In this document: positions 38,563-52,674 of the stretch, piece after piece
How the letters are laid out: each line of letters opens with the position of its first letter
Position numbering within the stretch: position 1 is the stretch's first letter
Origin: Raillietiella orientalis
Lineage: Eukaryota
Assembly: GCA_036172245.1 (NCBI GenBank)
Contig: JAYWIR010000002.1
Span: 868,001-932,000, forward strand
DNA length: 64,000 bases
Direction: 5' to 3'
The notes under the pieces: model-generated
The model's database searches: none
What the model saw: the letters and a program-made list of their open reading frames with translations, nothing else
What the model was told of the DNA's origin: nothing
Translations under genes and position numbers: made by a program

Positions 38563-41500
38563 TTTACTGGTTTCATCTGAGTTTTCTTTTCGCTTGTATT
38601 CGATTTGAGCTCGCCTTGAGCCCGTATCTTTCAGATTCCCATACTCTGTGACAAAAAAACAAAAAAGAGAAGACCAAAAGTCCATCTTTGTTCACCGTAG
38701 ACTTTGCGTTTTTTCTTCGCCTAAGCAAGAATCATCAAACAAATCATTCTGTTAGTTTTGAAATAAATGCAGGATCATTGTCAACTTCATCTTCCTCTGT
38801 TGATCAGTGTCCAACTACGTCATGGGAACTTCTCAATGGAATCCCCTTTTACATGTGTATCCAGCAAAACAACGCCTTTTGGACCTTGAAATAGGTAAAT
38901 CCAGTTGAAGCTGATGGAGATTTCTTTTTGTCTGGTACGACAGTCGTGCTGGAAGAATTTATTTATGAAGCACTTCTGTCTGCAAGGCTGCTGGTTCTGT
39001 AAAGCAGTGTACGTGTTTCTTCTACAAGAGTCTATCTAATGGGGCATTGAGAAGAAAAAAAAGGAAAGAAGGCTTTCTTGTAGAACGTCTCCATCAAAGC
39101 ATAAAAGTCCAATTTGCTGAATTCCACACAATTAAGACGAAGAATCTTGCATGGCATGCGCATTGCTAACAGATTAAAGAAGGTACCCCATATCACGTTC
39201 AAGGTGTGTAGACCACATGTGAATTTCGAGCACACAGCCACACAAAAAAAAAACGATTTCGAAGGATCGTTCGATGGAACTACTTTTAAGAAGTACCACT
39301 CTGGTAAAAATTCAACTAGGACACCGTGCAGATAAATTTTCATCTTTTCAGATTGGAAGGAACAATCAAGAAATCGTGAGTCATTAGATTCGTTAAATTA
39401 TTATGATGATGACCAGGAAAAGCGTGGTGATTGCACACGGTTAGGCGCGAAGCACACTTTGCATTGCAATGAAGTCCAGGCCTGGACGGAGATCGGAGAG
39501 GATTTCGGGTACCGGATGGAGACACGAAACAAGAACGCAAGGTTCATCAAGACTAGCTTTGACCAGACTCCTCAAGTTTGCAACCAACCGGATAAGGAGG
39601 CTGAGTGCGCCCTACAGTGGAATCCCCAAAGTTTACTCCATCAAAACCTTGCCTTCCTACGGGAATAAGTTTACTTTTTTCGAGGAGTTTCAGGCTAAAG
39701 ATCAGGAATGTCCTAGGATGACGGCAATCTCTCTCATTCGATTTTAAACGGTGCAAGAGATAACATGATCGATCTCCTATGGCCTCCATCTAAATCCGTG
39801 ATCATTGAATGTTGACATGAATCGTAACAGTACACACAGTACGCATCTGTGTACTCTGATCTTGAAAGGAACGGATCTAAATGACAGTCATAATGCGTGA
39901 TGTTCATTTTTTAACTTTAGTGTTGGGAAGAAATCAAAGAAAATAGGCAGATAAATAGGTTAATTTATAGCCGCTTTCACTTACACTGAGGACTGCACCT
40001 CAGCAAGTTCACGAAATCCCATGCTTATCTAAGCAACGACTGGAAAATGGTATGACTGCGAAATTTAAATTCTTTTGCTATTCTTTAGCAACCACAGATT
40101 GATCATTTTTTAGGTAGCACTTTGAGAGCAAATCAGGGAATGCATTCTGTAGTCATCTGTGGGTGCACCTTCATGCTTCAGGTTAACTTCTGAGAGATTC
40201 TTCTTCACGTTCAAAACCATTATCTTCGAGCGATTCATCATTTAACTGCTTCCTTGTTTCCTCCTCGTTTTTTTCAGGATCGTCAAGCCAAACTGTTCGT
40301 CCTTCTGTCAATCTGCTGCCAACCACAGTCGAATTCTAATTTATGAAGCATCGTTCGGAGTATCCTGCTGTTTCCACCTGACTCCTTTTCTTTTCCTCAC
40401 CTTAGCATGCAGCTCCGTTGTCAATCAGGCCGATCTATCCTTTTGCAGCATCCGCCGGTAATTCAGTTGCTTGCCAGCGACAGAATTCTTTTCGAATTAT
40501 GATTGTCTGCATTGTATACCTGCTGCCTATCCCCATTCCGCAGAGACCCGATGGGAGATGGCTTTTCCTTCTACTGCTTGATCTCATCCTAAAATGTTCT
40601 TTCACCATAATCTCTTTTATTAGCACTCGGCTCTTTCGTTGGCGTTATTTCATCCGTAAATCAAAATAAACATCCTTGATGCAACCAAGCCCAGACTCCG
40701 CAACGAACGAACAAAGCTGGAGAAAGCTTACTTCTTGTGCTAGATTGCCATTTCCTATGAGAAAATGATCAATCGGTTTCTTTCTCTCAAACATACGGGG
40801 CTCAACGGCCGAATGCCCAGTCCAGTCCTCTACCTCATGATCATTCGGTTTTCATAGATCCATGACTAAATGCGGTTCCTCACATGATAGGAAAAGGAGA
40901 GGAAGTTCTCCATGATCCACGACGTATTTGTCACCACGGAGACTTGATTCATGCTTCCACTCCATTTCCGAGTTTGGTTGCAGGGGCTCTTCCTTTACAG
41001 GAAGTCTCGTTTCCATCGAGCGCTACCAAACGTAGTGGGTCCAGGAAACATTGCGTTCTGAATCCACTAAATCAGACAGCTCCTTTCCCTTGAGATTGAA
41101 AATCTTCACTCAGATCTGTCGGGAACGAGACGCGATTTTTTTCTTTTGCTATTCTCGCCGAATTCTGCAGGTACTTAAAATCGAGAGAGGCTGCTTTTTC
41201 ACCTTTTAGAAAAATCCCAAAATGCAAAACATCCAGCTCACAGAAATCGTCTTCAGACTTTTCCAACTACTCCGTATTCAGATCTGAAACTCTTCCGTGC
41301 TCCGTTGATGGAGACTTCTGAGCTTTTTGTCCTTTATTTTGAACTGGAAAGTGTTGCAGTGACTCTCAGCTGCGACTGTTCCCACTTAATCTGGTCGGAC
41401 AATCCTCGTTTTGTAACATGCACTGTTTGAGCGTGAGTGGGTTATGAGAAGTCATCTATAAAGTTGGCAGCTTAGTGGACGGTTTCTAATCAATTTGTTT

Positions 41501-43539
41501 CATTTCGTTATCAACCCTGTTCACGCTTTCATAGTTAAATTTCTTTAAGAAGGAGTAATTATGCAGAATGATGCAGATGCTACTTGTATCCCACAGCTTA
41601 CAAATTCTGTTCTTGTGTTTCAATTTTCGCTCCTTATTATCTCTTCCACGCTTCATATGAGCTTCCATGGTTTGATGAATATTCTATCTCCTTCGCAGTA
41701 GATGGCAAACTCCGTCCAAATGCTACGTTTTAACAACCGGATCAGTATCTATCATTTCTTGAGGAACTCAGGAGTGGTCTATCTGGAGAGATATCCCTGC
41801 ATTGCCCTTTCGCATCCTGTATTCGCTGAATGCCTATCCAATAAATCGCTGACGACCTAACGCGTGGTAGCATCACGAGCCGTCCATTCAATGATGTCTT
41901 ACAGCGAGGAATCATGTGTGAGAACATGACAACGAGCGAAAATCGGACATGATCAAATAGCCTATTTATTTCTAAACTTTCTTTGTGCGGTGCTTGCAGA
42001 AACGAGATTAAGATGAGGGCACGTCGACTTGAACGTGATGGGAACATTCAAGAGGAGTATGTTGACTGTTTCATCCAATCGGCACCAGTGAATATCAGTA
42101 AACCATGGACCGCATTTTATTGCATTCTTTGCATGCGAAGATGGCTGGTCTTTCTGGTACGTAGGAGTACATAACACACTTGACTAAAGACGAAAAAAAA
42201 AAAAAAAAAAATCTAAAAAATGCTTTCTTCCCTTCCCTAGATCCCGAAGGATCTAGGACGCTGCACACGCTGCCGCACTTAAACGACGAAAGATGGATTT
42301 CAGGCATCAAGGCCACTTCTGCCGAATTTCCAGGAGTCGATGTTGATGGTTTACAGACAAACGGATTTGGACTGGGACAAAGATCGAAATAATAACTCGA
42401 TGTATTCGCTTTGAACTGTTTTTCAAAGGCTTATCACTTCACATCATCAGAAAATTATCATCTAATGCATCGCATCCAATAGAAGCTCGTAATTCGTTTC
42501 TGCGCCGGTGCGTGCCAATTCTTCTGGATACGTCACTGCTTAGAAACCGGAACCAGAGAAACAAAAGTCAGCCTCCGCAACAGTCAGAATGCAGCAGATT
42601 TCAAGTTGAGCCAAACGTTTGGATTTTTTTCGGTCAACTGAATTAATTGGTAGGAAATTCCCTAGCACTGCTCCGCATAATTGTGTAGCAAAGGAACTCC
42701 CAAGTGTTCAGTGAAGAATGAATGGCAGATAAGAGTAGCCACAAAGCATGCAATACATAAATATAGATAACTAACGATAGCTAATCCCCGAAGCCCTACA
42801 AGATCTCTGCCCGAAAAAAAAAAAAAAAAAAAAAAAAAGAATTTCGTGTTCTAGGAAGAGAATTGATTGGATATTTCCTTCTTTGGCAATCCTGGCAGCA
42901 TTCACCAGCACGAAAATCCCACTCTACTATAGAGAAGAGGTTGCTCTTACGGATGTGAGAACACAGATGGCTCCCAAGGAAAACGTACACGTGCACGAGC
43001 GTTGTTCACACGTAATACAGATATGTGAAAAAATGTGTCCTGCATGGGCGAAGGTAAGAAGTGCACAAAGTCGAGCAGCTGAGCGCCTTAACGTCCTCAA
43101 GCTATTTCGGTCTTTCCTCATGCCTCAAAGAGCATGTTTCAAAATTCTTTGTAATGCAAATTATCCGGAAGGCGAACTGCCGTATGTCTTCTGTATCAGG
43201 TCACGCGGGATGTGGATTTTCAGAATTCAGGTGAAGGAGGAACAGTGACTGATCTGAAGAAGGAGGAGGAGAGGTGGACCATGAGTGGATGAATACATAA
43301 ATAGGGGGTGGGATGGACTGATCTCACGGTATTCCACTTGAGCCTCGAGCACTTACGGTTTCGGGTCAGTCTGTCCACAATCGCTCGTACCCCACTTCCC
43401 AGATCGGGCCATTCATCGTCTTGCGCATGTAGGCGATGGCGATCTCAAAAGCTCTCTGGGGTTTTTAGCCGTGCCCTCCTTCCTCCATTCTGGCAATCGC
43501 CGCTCCTCGCACGTGGCAGAGAATCGCCGGCAACGAGGC

Positions 43540-44680
43540 GATTGGTAAGCCTGGAGACGTCAACATCTCTCCAAAGAGGTCTTCTGGGGAGTGGGACCGG
43601 AGTGCTTCGGAGATGCGCTCTCATCCTTGGAACAGCCTCCAGCATACCAACAGTACATGTGGGAGTGTCTCCACTGTACCGTGATGTGGGCACTTTCCCC
43701 GCTGAGGAGCGGGGAGTGCTCGGTGCGCCAGAAAGATGGGCTATCTGCTGACACCGAAGAGGCGTCCACCAGGAAGCACGGGATCTCGAAGTTCTCCGGG
43801 ATCTTTACACCTTTAAGGACCCTGAGCTAAAACTGTAGGAGTGATCTCCTTCAACAGGAGAGAGGTTTTCCACTGGTCAATGGGTTTCGTCGCCCTCGAG
43901 ACAAGGCAGCTCACCTCCCACGCCGCTGGAGCATCTCTTCCTTCCTGGGCGTGACGTGACCAGGTGAAAACCTGTGGCAGAGTTTAAAGGTATCGCTATC
44001 CAGCCAAGCGTCGCAGAGTCCCCAAACCCAAGGAAAACCACAGGAAAAGATCCTTCGTCTTTCCAGTTTGCTCGCCCGCTTCGAAAACGTGTCCCCATTC
44101 CTGGAGTAGGAACGCGACTTCACATGGGTGTGCTGACCCGAATTGCCACCTGCACCATCTCCGTTGTCCACAGACTCTAATCTGGAATTTCAACGGGATT
44201 TCCTGGATGCGTAGGAGGTCTATGCAAAGCAGGGAACTCTCTGTGGCGCATCTCTTCGCGTCGCTGTGCAGCCCCATTGGCCTCTTGAAAGCGACCAAAA
44301 TGATGCAGCGGGAAGAGATGATTCCCTGCACTTGCGCTAGGGAGGCAGCGGCATGGCGTTAGTCGCCCCTTTTCTCAGGCCCGGAGAACTTTGATGACTC
44401 GCAAGAGACCAAGACTTCCGTAAGGTCTTGCCCCTGGGCGCTCCCTTCCCTCTCGCGTTTCTCGAATCACCTTGAGACTCGGGAAACGGGACTTCCTCCT
44501 CGCCTTTCAATGACCCACCTGCTTCTTTCAGTCCAGACCTTTCTTTTTTATGGCTGCCGTCCTGCCACAGTTGCAACGACTGCGATCCTTGCTGCTGTGA
44601 TCTAGGACTTGCAGCATTGGAGTCATGGGGCGTGGGTACACGGTCCCACTTCAGAACTCCAGCAAAATCCACTGACTTGC
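43540..44680 (-). mobile_element. Degenerate Ty1/copia LTR-retrotransposon internal fragment (gag knuckle, protease, integrase)
   Basis: In copia order on -: CNCGRT.H (~CCHC knuckle, ~44560), GLHSDAKR (~WxLDSGA, ~44265), KLCHRFSPGHV (~LWHxRLGH, ~43970), PCLEGDETH (~CxxGKQTR, ~43895), CFLVDASS (~VDDxSR, ~43770), TPQKTSLER (~TPQQNGxAER, ~43580). Confidence 0.6.
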
Positions 44681-44719
44681 CTTGCTGCCACTCTAGGTTC
44701 CAGCAAGTTTCCCTCTGAG

Positions 44720-46973
44720 GAGTCCAATGTTATCTAAGACGCCGCTTTCGGTCCTGGATCTGCGGGCATGAAGGAGTTTCGCTTCGTCTCGTTTGGAGCA
44801 AAGCAGGCGCTTTCAAGGGATGGGCCATTCACAGCTCGTCTTTCTCTCTCCTCTTGCTTCTGCTCCGTTCATCTCAATCATGTGGGATAGTGCTGCTTGC
44901 GTTTTCCTCTTTCCAAACTGCTTTCAGTTAGACGTCATCATTAGCGTGCAGTTCTCGATCCGATTCCAGTGTTTCTCGGGAGATCATGGGATCACGTTAG
45001 CACCCCTCGATACACGTTGCTCATTCCTGCTTCAAATATCTTTGTGTCCACCAGATGATTCGAGTCTGTTGGATTTCCCAGCTGTGGTTATTGAATAGGA
45101 TGATGCATGCAGTATCTTCTCGCGAGAGGAAGCGCTTAGTAGTCTCCATCCCCGAGTCGCAATCGCTTTCCCATCCTGATGATAGGCGCATCCTTGAGGG
45201 CAAAAGCTCTGCTGTGCTCGAGGCAGCTTTGCTGCAGCCTCGATATCTATTTGCAGATGTGAAACATGTGGTTAGATAATCTTCGAGAGAGATACCCTTT
45301 CTATTTGCTGAGCTTTCAGCCTCTTCCTGCTCCTCCCTTTAGAATCTGGCTCGCTATCTTCCAAAAAAGTAGTTGTTTTCTTCTCTGACGGGGAGGGTGG
45401 GACGCGAGGTGGGAGTGTTGTGGGGAACCTACAAATTTTCAGTGAGAGAACCGAATCCAAAGATTCGAGTTTTGAGCTTTCCTCTCGTCCTGCTTTCTGT
45501 CTAACTTTGTTGCTGAGGGGGCAGGCACTTTGTTGCTCCAGGAAGCTATTTGCCCGGCCTGGATATAGGCAGCGATGTGAGTCGCTGAAGACGAAAATGT
45601 GGAGAGCATCATCTGAAATGCTGGTCGGTACACAGAAGCTTCAATCGATTCCTCAACTGGTTTTGCGTGGCTGGCAGATGAAACAGTTCTCTTGGCACTT
45701 TCTACCATCAGGTGGAAAAGGGCGCGAAATCAAAGATTCCTAGATGCTCAGCAGTCGCCGTGCTGCTGTGAACCCACGCCAAGGTCCCATTTCTTGCTTC
45801 TACCACGAAGACTACTCTTTGTCTCGTGGATGCATTGGGTTTTCTTTCCAGTCTGTTCAACTGCATCGGCTGATGGCTATGCTTATCAGGAAGAACATCG
45901 ACTGGATCCTCTGCCGCCCTGCGAACGGCAGTGCCTGGCTGCAGGAAGCTGTCCGCACGTCGGCGAAGCACAACGAGCGATACCCGGAGCAGGCACAGCA
46001 ATTGCTGCTGTGCTGCTTCTTTAGCAACTGCTGCTCCGGGAGATCATGAAACATCCCATGAGGAGTGCTGGGAAGGCAGAACCTCCCTTGCCGGAGCGCT
46101 TCCCTCCCTGAGGGAACGTATGGACAGCAGCCTTGTGGCTAGATGGGAGGTCAGTGTAAAAATCCCCGCCAGGAGAAAAGGACTGCTTACGGGCCAGCTT
46201 ACAGACGCTGTGGCCTCGAGTGTTCCATCCTGAGGAATTTTGCGCTAGGGTCTGCTATTGGACATTCCGGAGGAAGATCTGCAGTAGCTCCTAGTGTTCT
46301 TGGACACTCACACCCTCCCAGTGAATTGGCAGGAGTCGGCGTTTTATGCGGCTGCACTGAGGTCACCCGTGCAACGCCTGCAGACATCACCGGAATCGGG
46401 GGAGGGGATGTGAACCCGAACTGTGTCAGAGGTGGAGAAAGTGAATCCCTCCCGCACCTGCTTGTGGACTGTGTTGCCCTCCGACCCCTCTGGGAACGCT
46501 TGGCCGCGACCCTAGGAACCTCCGGCGACAACTCCAGGGATGCAGTAAGACCCCTTCTGCTACGCGGCGCCCTTCGGCCGGCAGCCTTGCTAGCAGGCCT
46601 CTGCTGCCTACGAGGGATCGTTACCACTTGGAACGACGCTGATAGAGGGCCGAGCGATAGGGATGCCATTCACTTTGCCGTCCGCTTCATGAGGAAGGCA
46701 ACAAGATGTTCCCCCCTGGAAAACAACATGCAGCAAGAGCTTGCCGGCATCCTAGACAGGATGCAGAGGACTGCCCTTAGCAGGGCGTGATCCCTTTGAC
46801 CCCATCCCCCTAAAGTTTATTTGTTTACTTTTATTTTTGTTCCATTTTTTTTTCTTTTTGCTTGCCTCTTCCCCCCTGCTGCCATGGCGGACCTCACCTG
46901 CCTGTGTACCGGTAAATCTCACGTGGTTGGACCAATGCAAATGCTTATTTTTTTTTCAATGAATAAACGCCCC
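44720..46973 (+). mobile_element. Degenerate 5'-truncated L1/Tx1-clade LINE (RT to 3' end), same family as 1152-4750
   Basis: PLSVLD (~RPISLLN), LEQSRRFQGMGH (~LDQEKAFDRVxH), LFADV (~YADD), LLLRGQAL...LFARPGY (~LSxxGRAL), RGCIG (~GGLG), NPNCVRGGESESLPHLLVDC..LW (zf-RVT), stop at 46790, T-rich 3' UTR and AATAAA at 46962. Confidence 0.75.
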
Positions 46974-49900
46974 TGCTCACTCGGGTGATAATCCAGTCTG
47001 GTGAACTGGCCGTTCAATCGACGTTTCCTCCGACAGCTTCAGCGGTGGATAGATCCACGCTCGACAAGTCCGGGATTCTACTCATCGATGCATCTTACTT
47101 CCATGGCAGATGGATCGGGCCCCTCCCTCTGCATGGATGGAGTGCAGATTCGTGTTTTCGAATAGCCAACAAAACGCTCTTCGCTGGAGCTTCTTGCAGT
47201 GCCTGGAGCCGCTGAACTCTGGGACGGTAGGTTCACCTCGAAATTCTGAGCTATGTCGTGAGCCGGGTGTTGGTGAGGCGGCTCGTGGATCAACAGCTTC
47301 GTGCCTCTTCTGGTGAAGGAAGACTTCCCGTAGAGCCGCGGTCGGTAGCGATGCAGCTTGTTGACGCCTTCTGTGCTGCACTACTCATAAGCTGTCAACC
47401 GCTCACTGGACACCCATATTTCCTCTGAGGGTTGACCTTCTCTTCATGACGGAATAATCTCTCGATTCTGTTCGAGTGGAAGGGCTTTAGAAAAGAATTC
47501 CACACGGAAGATATCTTTTACCCTTGAAAAAATACAGGACTCGTTAACATGGCTCTTCGAGATTGTGCTCGTTTCAACAGGAAAAAGATTGCGTTTAATT
47601 GGAAGATGATTCGGAATTTCGGGGTCCCAAGAGCAATCAAGGGCATTTCAGCCACCTTATTGTATTGCAGAGGACACTTATTCGAAATTCTGTCACCTTG
47701 GCAACAACCTGATCAGGCTGGGAAAGTCTGCACGAGTGTCTACTCGAATGATCTCCGCTAGCACGCGCTATTCAGGTTTCTTGGAGCAAGTTGATGCTGA
47801 GCGTTCACACGTGTTGGAGCTGTGCTCTTCCCAAGGAATGCGCAGTCCCTTCGGAAATGCTCCCAGAGATGATCCCCTGAGCTAAGCCTCTATCAGTTAA
47901 CGACCCCAATGACCCATTTCGAGCGGTACCGTGCGAGGTGTGCTGCATTTTTCAGAGAGAACTTTGGAATTAGAATGCTACTGTCTAGTAGATACCCAAC
48001 ATCGCTGCAGCAGTCAACTGCGCGTGGCTACCTGAACGCCAATCCCACACTCTGTGTGGGAGTTTGTAAAACATGTCTGCAAGTTGGTAGTTACTCAAAT
48101 TCTTCGTGATTTCCTCCTCAGGATATCCTTCCGGGCTTTTTGCCAGCTTCAGTATTCAACCTTTTCGGTGTATAAGGAACACATCCTTGCCCCTTGGAAG
48201 ACAAACTCTGTTTTGATGTCTTTCTACCAGTAGCCACTCCGTTCAAGCTCGAGAGCGTCTCATTTCGACTGACCTCACCACTGCAAATTTTTTAACACGC
48301 TAACAATGGCCGATCATCTACGTACACTTATGTACATGTGTTTCGATGCGTTCATTTGTCCGTGCACATATCCGTGTTGGATATTTGCATTTACTGGGAA
48401 TCGGATGTACGTTCACACCCGAGCTGGTCTGCAGCTGATGAAGAGGTGATGATGGCAATGTGTGCTGCTTGGATTCTTGCGAGAATTTTTCCAGGATGCT
48501 GATCTTTCCCAAAACGATGCTTATCCTCAGAAACGCGTCTCCAGGTCCGTTTTCCTATTTTTCCGGATGAATTTGGATTTCCGATCGAGCCTACGCGTCA
48601 TCTTCTCTACAGGACTTGTTTGCCATTCGAGCTGCCGTGGCTCCGAATGGCGGTCACCTCGATCTTTCTCGACACTCGATTTGCTGCCACTTTCAGGTCT
48701 CGTTTGGAGATGCATTGCATCATGTGTAGCATCCAGGAGACTGCAGTGAGACTCTAGCTCCGTTTATGCGGACTTCATCCTAGAAAGTCCAGCTCTTCCT
48801 CATCCAGCTTCTAGGCAACGAATTGAAACTCCCTCGCTTGCTCATGAGAAGGAGAGAGAGGAAAAGGAAATTTCCAGAAGCCGGAAGTTTTCTCGCATTG
48901 GAACAAATCGTTCTCAGCTTCCAGGCGGAATCCATTTTCACGTTTTTCTTTTCTTTTCTTTTTTGATCCATTATCCTTTCTTATACCTATGGCAACAGGA
49001 ACTACGTGCCTGTCCGCGTAACGTTCCAAACAGCGCACCTGCCTATTTGTCATGCTGGGCGCAACGTCTATAATATAAATTACACTGTTTGTTCATATTA
49101 AGGCGCAAGCAAAGCTCGAGGATTTCAAATTTATAATTGCGCTACAGGAAAAGCGTGAAACGGCAACAGCAAAAAAAACTTCTGCCCAATGAAAATATTG
49201 AAACTCCTCCAGGTCTGTGTGTTGACGCGAAATCCTAGCGGCTGCACTAAACGAATCCACACACAACAAGGAAACAAAAGGTAAATGCTCATCATGAGAG
49301 AAAAATGAGGTAGTCATGGCTGAAGGGCGTTTCTATAATACCAATTTGCATATCGGGATAGTGTCTTGACTCTATTATTCTGCTTCTTAGTAAAATTCCG
49401 TCTGAACACATGATTTCCGATTCACGCGATGCTCCATTCGTGACTATCTGGGCTGTTTATATTGCTGCTGTTGTGTACCGGAGTTGTGTTGAGACTTCAG
49501 CGAAGTGTGCCCTCATGTACCCATTCCATTCTGTATCCCTGGGGAAACGTTCTGAAAGGCTGCTGTATTTCCAAGGGAAACAAGGTAAGAGGGTGGTAGG
49601 CGGAAGGGAGTAGCGTCAGCAAAGAGGAAGAGAATGGACCGAAGGTTCAGAGTTTATGATTCTCCGAGATGTGTGTTCAGCTGTTGCAAGAAGTACCTTG
49701 CAAGAAGCCTAGGAAGGTAAGCAGCTCACTGTACCAGCGAGTTCTTACATGGTGTATTGGATTCGATGTGGACATTGTCCTTATTAAGATCTGGCAATAC
49801 TGCTGGACAATGTCACAGTTAGCCCATTGCAAGCAAACTGCCTTTTTTTTGTTTTCTAGTGATGGGTTCTCAGCAGCAATTAAAGTGAGTTCTGCAGAAG

Positions 49901-52132
49901 TGCTGCTTCATTGGAAAACGCCGGGAGTGCTGTTGGCCCAGGAAATACCCCTAGCAGAACAAATGAAGTGAGGCGAATTTATTATTATTTTTAGACAGAA
50001 ATTCATGCGAGTGCTAAGACAGAAGATTTTCGTTCCTGCAGATTCCATGTTACCAAAATACAAATCTATTTAGTATTTATAATATAGCCTGCCACAGACT
50101 TTCAAGTAGGTTTTCACAATTAGGACAGAATACAAAGAAACGACAGAACAAGTAGACATCGGAGGAAGTGGCTGCATCTGAATCCATGTTTCATCAAAAT
50201 TATCTCGAGAGGGATCAAATTTGTTTCCGAGCAAGCATTTAAAATTCCAATGGTATCTGACAATCAACACCTGAACTCGATTCAAACTCTGATTAAATTG
50301 GACTTGATGGAACCCTTAGGGAGCAAGAAAACGAGAGATGGGGAAAGATTGCTATCCAAACTGCTCTTTATATTTCCTTAACCTATTTTCCAATTATCTT
50401 CTGAAAAAAGGGAAGAGCTTCAGAGGATTCTTGACGCTATGGTTGACTTGACAGGGTTCTCAATAGTCATTGATTACGATGACGGCGATCTTTTCAAAAA
50501 TCTCTTGTGGAACCGAGAACATCCATATTTATTATTTGCACTCCCAGTCATACCAATAGGAAGAATAGGAGGAATGTTATTTATGCAAGTGTTTGCTTCA
50601 GGAAGGCACATCGTAAAGTTCTGTGAGAAGGCGCAATTTTTCAGAGAGCACAGACATCAAACGTTCCCATCGGGAAGGAGTTTCTATGGTTTCAGTGAGC
50701 ATAGGTCAAACAATGATGAAGCATTTTTTGTTGTTGTTGTTGCTTACTTGAGCGCCATTTCAGCGAGCGATGGACCTTTCGTAAATGATGCGACTCGCGG
50801 GTGGTGGTGCCTTTTCGAGCCGAAGTGATTTTATTATGCATCGGCCTCGAAACACGCGTGAGCACGGGTTTCCTTGGTATCCGAGTTCATAAGCGGGCAG
50901 CGGGACCAAGCCTACCGGGGACGTGAGCGATTGCATTTGCTCATGCGGTTTCGGATCGCAGCTACCACCTTCCTTCGTCGGACTGGTAGGCACTGGCGGC
51001 GGTGAACTTTGAAACGGAAGCTTTTCCCTTCCCCGTGTGCTACGCTCGTGCGGAGCGGTGAAGTTTCAAGAACGGGCTATTCATCCGTGTCACAGCAACG
51101 GGGCGAAGATGGCGGTCTAATAGCTGGGAGGGTTCCATTCGAACATGTGCTACAGCTTGCATTCAAAGCCGGGAGATGAGAAAATCCTCGCATACGCAAC
51201 GCATGCACGTGGAACGAAGAAGATGGAGGAGAGATCGAACTTCAGGAAAACACAGCGACCCCTCCCTCTCTTTCCCCTAAAAAAAAAGAATGAAAAATGA
51301 ACGCATCTCCGTGTGGAGCGAAGTTTAGTTTGACTGCTGCTGGTCCCTTGAAGTGCTTCCAGACGAGGCAAAGTCACCTGTCGAATCCTTCAAAACACGA
51401 GGAGGTCCTGAAACGCCAGCATGAGCGACGCTTCAAACCTTGGAACTTGCTGCTGGAGCCTCCCTACGCTCCCGTGCCCGAGAGGGAAGCACATCACCGC
51501 GGCGAACTTCGGGTGGAATCTCAGTGATCCGCAGGCAAACAGTTCCAGCCACTTGTACCGCGTGAGGATCCGATCAGGCCAGCTTCCTGTTCTCCGGTGT
51601 ACGGGAAGGGGAGCATCGTGCTCACTTATTGGCATCGCACGAAAGAGGAGGTTTCCGACAGCCTCTGCAGGACCGTCACCAGGAGGCACGCGAAAAGAAG
51701 ATACGGATTCTGTGAAGCGGCCTCTTCTTGCCGATCTTCTTGATGTGGTTTGACGGACGCGTGCCGGTGGAAACTCCTTCTGCAGCGCCCTCTTCGTTTG
51801 TTTGCCATAATGCATTTATCTCCCCCTGTGGCTGCGTCCTAGGGAACCGCTAACGCTCTGCGAAGCATCCTCCGAAGGAAAAACAGATCGCTAATCTCCT
51901 CCAAGCGCTGTTTTGCAGATTGGGATCCGTTCTGGGTCGTGCTTGCGAAGCATCGCCGTGCCGAAAGCCACCGGCAGTGTCATCTCTCCCGAGCACCTTC
52001 GAAAGAGGTGCCTTCCACGAGACGACTGACGCTCATTTGCGGAGTACTTGCACTCTGCACAGATCCGATGCCGTGTTGCTCGAAAGATGTCCTTCCAGCC
52101 GGTTTAGCAGCATCGAAACTCGCTTTGAACGA

Positions 52133-52186
52133 ACACACACACACACATACACACACACACACACATACATACATACATACATACAC
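52133..52186. repeat. Compound (CA)n/(TACA)n microsatellite
   Basis: Direct read. Confidence 0.95.
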
Positions 52187-52489
52187 TCACGCAACGCATA
52201 CACGTGGAACGAAGATGGACGAGAGATCAGGAAAACAAATTCAGGAAAACACAGAGACCGCTCCCCTCTTCTCTCCCTCCCCTAAAAAAAATTAAAAATA
52301 AAATAAAAATGAAAAATGCAGTCTCATGAGAATTATGAAGGGGGGGGGGGGGAAGGAAGAAACGGTCCACTTCTCTGTGTGATGGGACTTACAGAAATCA
52401 AGATGAAGAAGCTTTCCTTTCAAAGTCGATTCCACGTCCATAGACGACGACGACCTGAAGATTTCGCCTCAGCAATATTAGAAATAAAT

Positions 52490-52495
52490 TTTATT
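52490..52495 (-). promoter_or_regulatory. Candidate polyadenylation signal of cut
   Basis: TTTATT on + (AATAAA on -) about 180 nt downstream of the cut stop codon. Confidence 0.35.
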
Positions 52496-52674
52496 TAAAT
52501 CTTTCAGCTCACAGCGACTGAGGATCCTTGTGAAAACTCAAGGAAAGAACGTCCTACTAAGAACAACGGGGAAGAAAGGTTCTGTGAATGTGGATGCTAA
52601 GCTATGGGCTGCCAATCAAATCGAATCCCACGCCGTGACTAGAGCTTCTTGCGTTCTCTCTCTCACTCCGATGA

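Noticed and set aside
48527..48715. Tc1-like TRRLDRK motif
   Set aside because: No convincing DDE motifs or TIRs nearby
51297..51760. Endonuclease-like YAP / G.F remnants
   Set aside because: Motif spacing too short; cannot support a call
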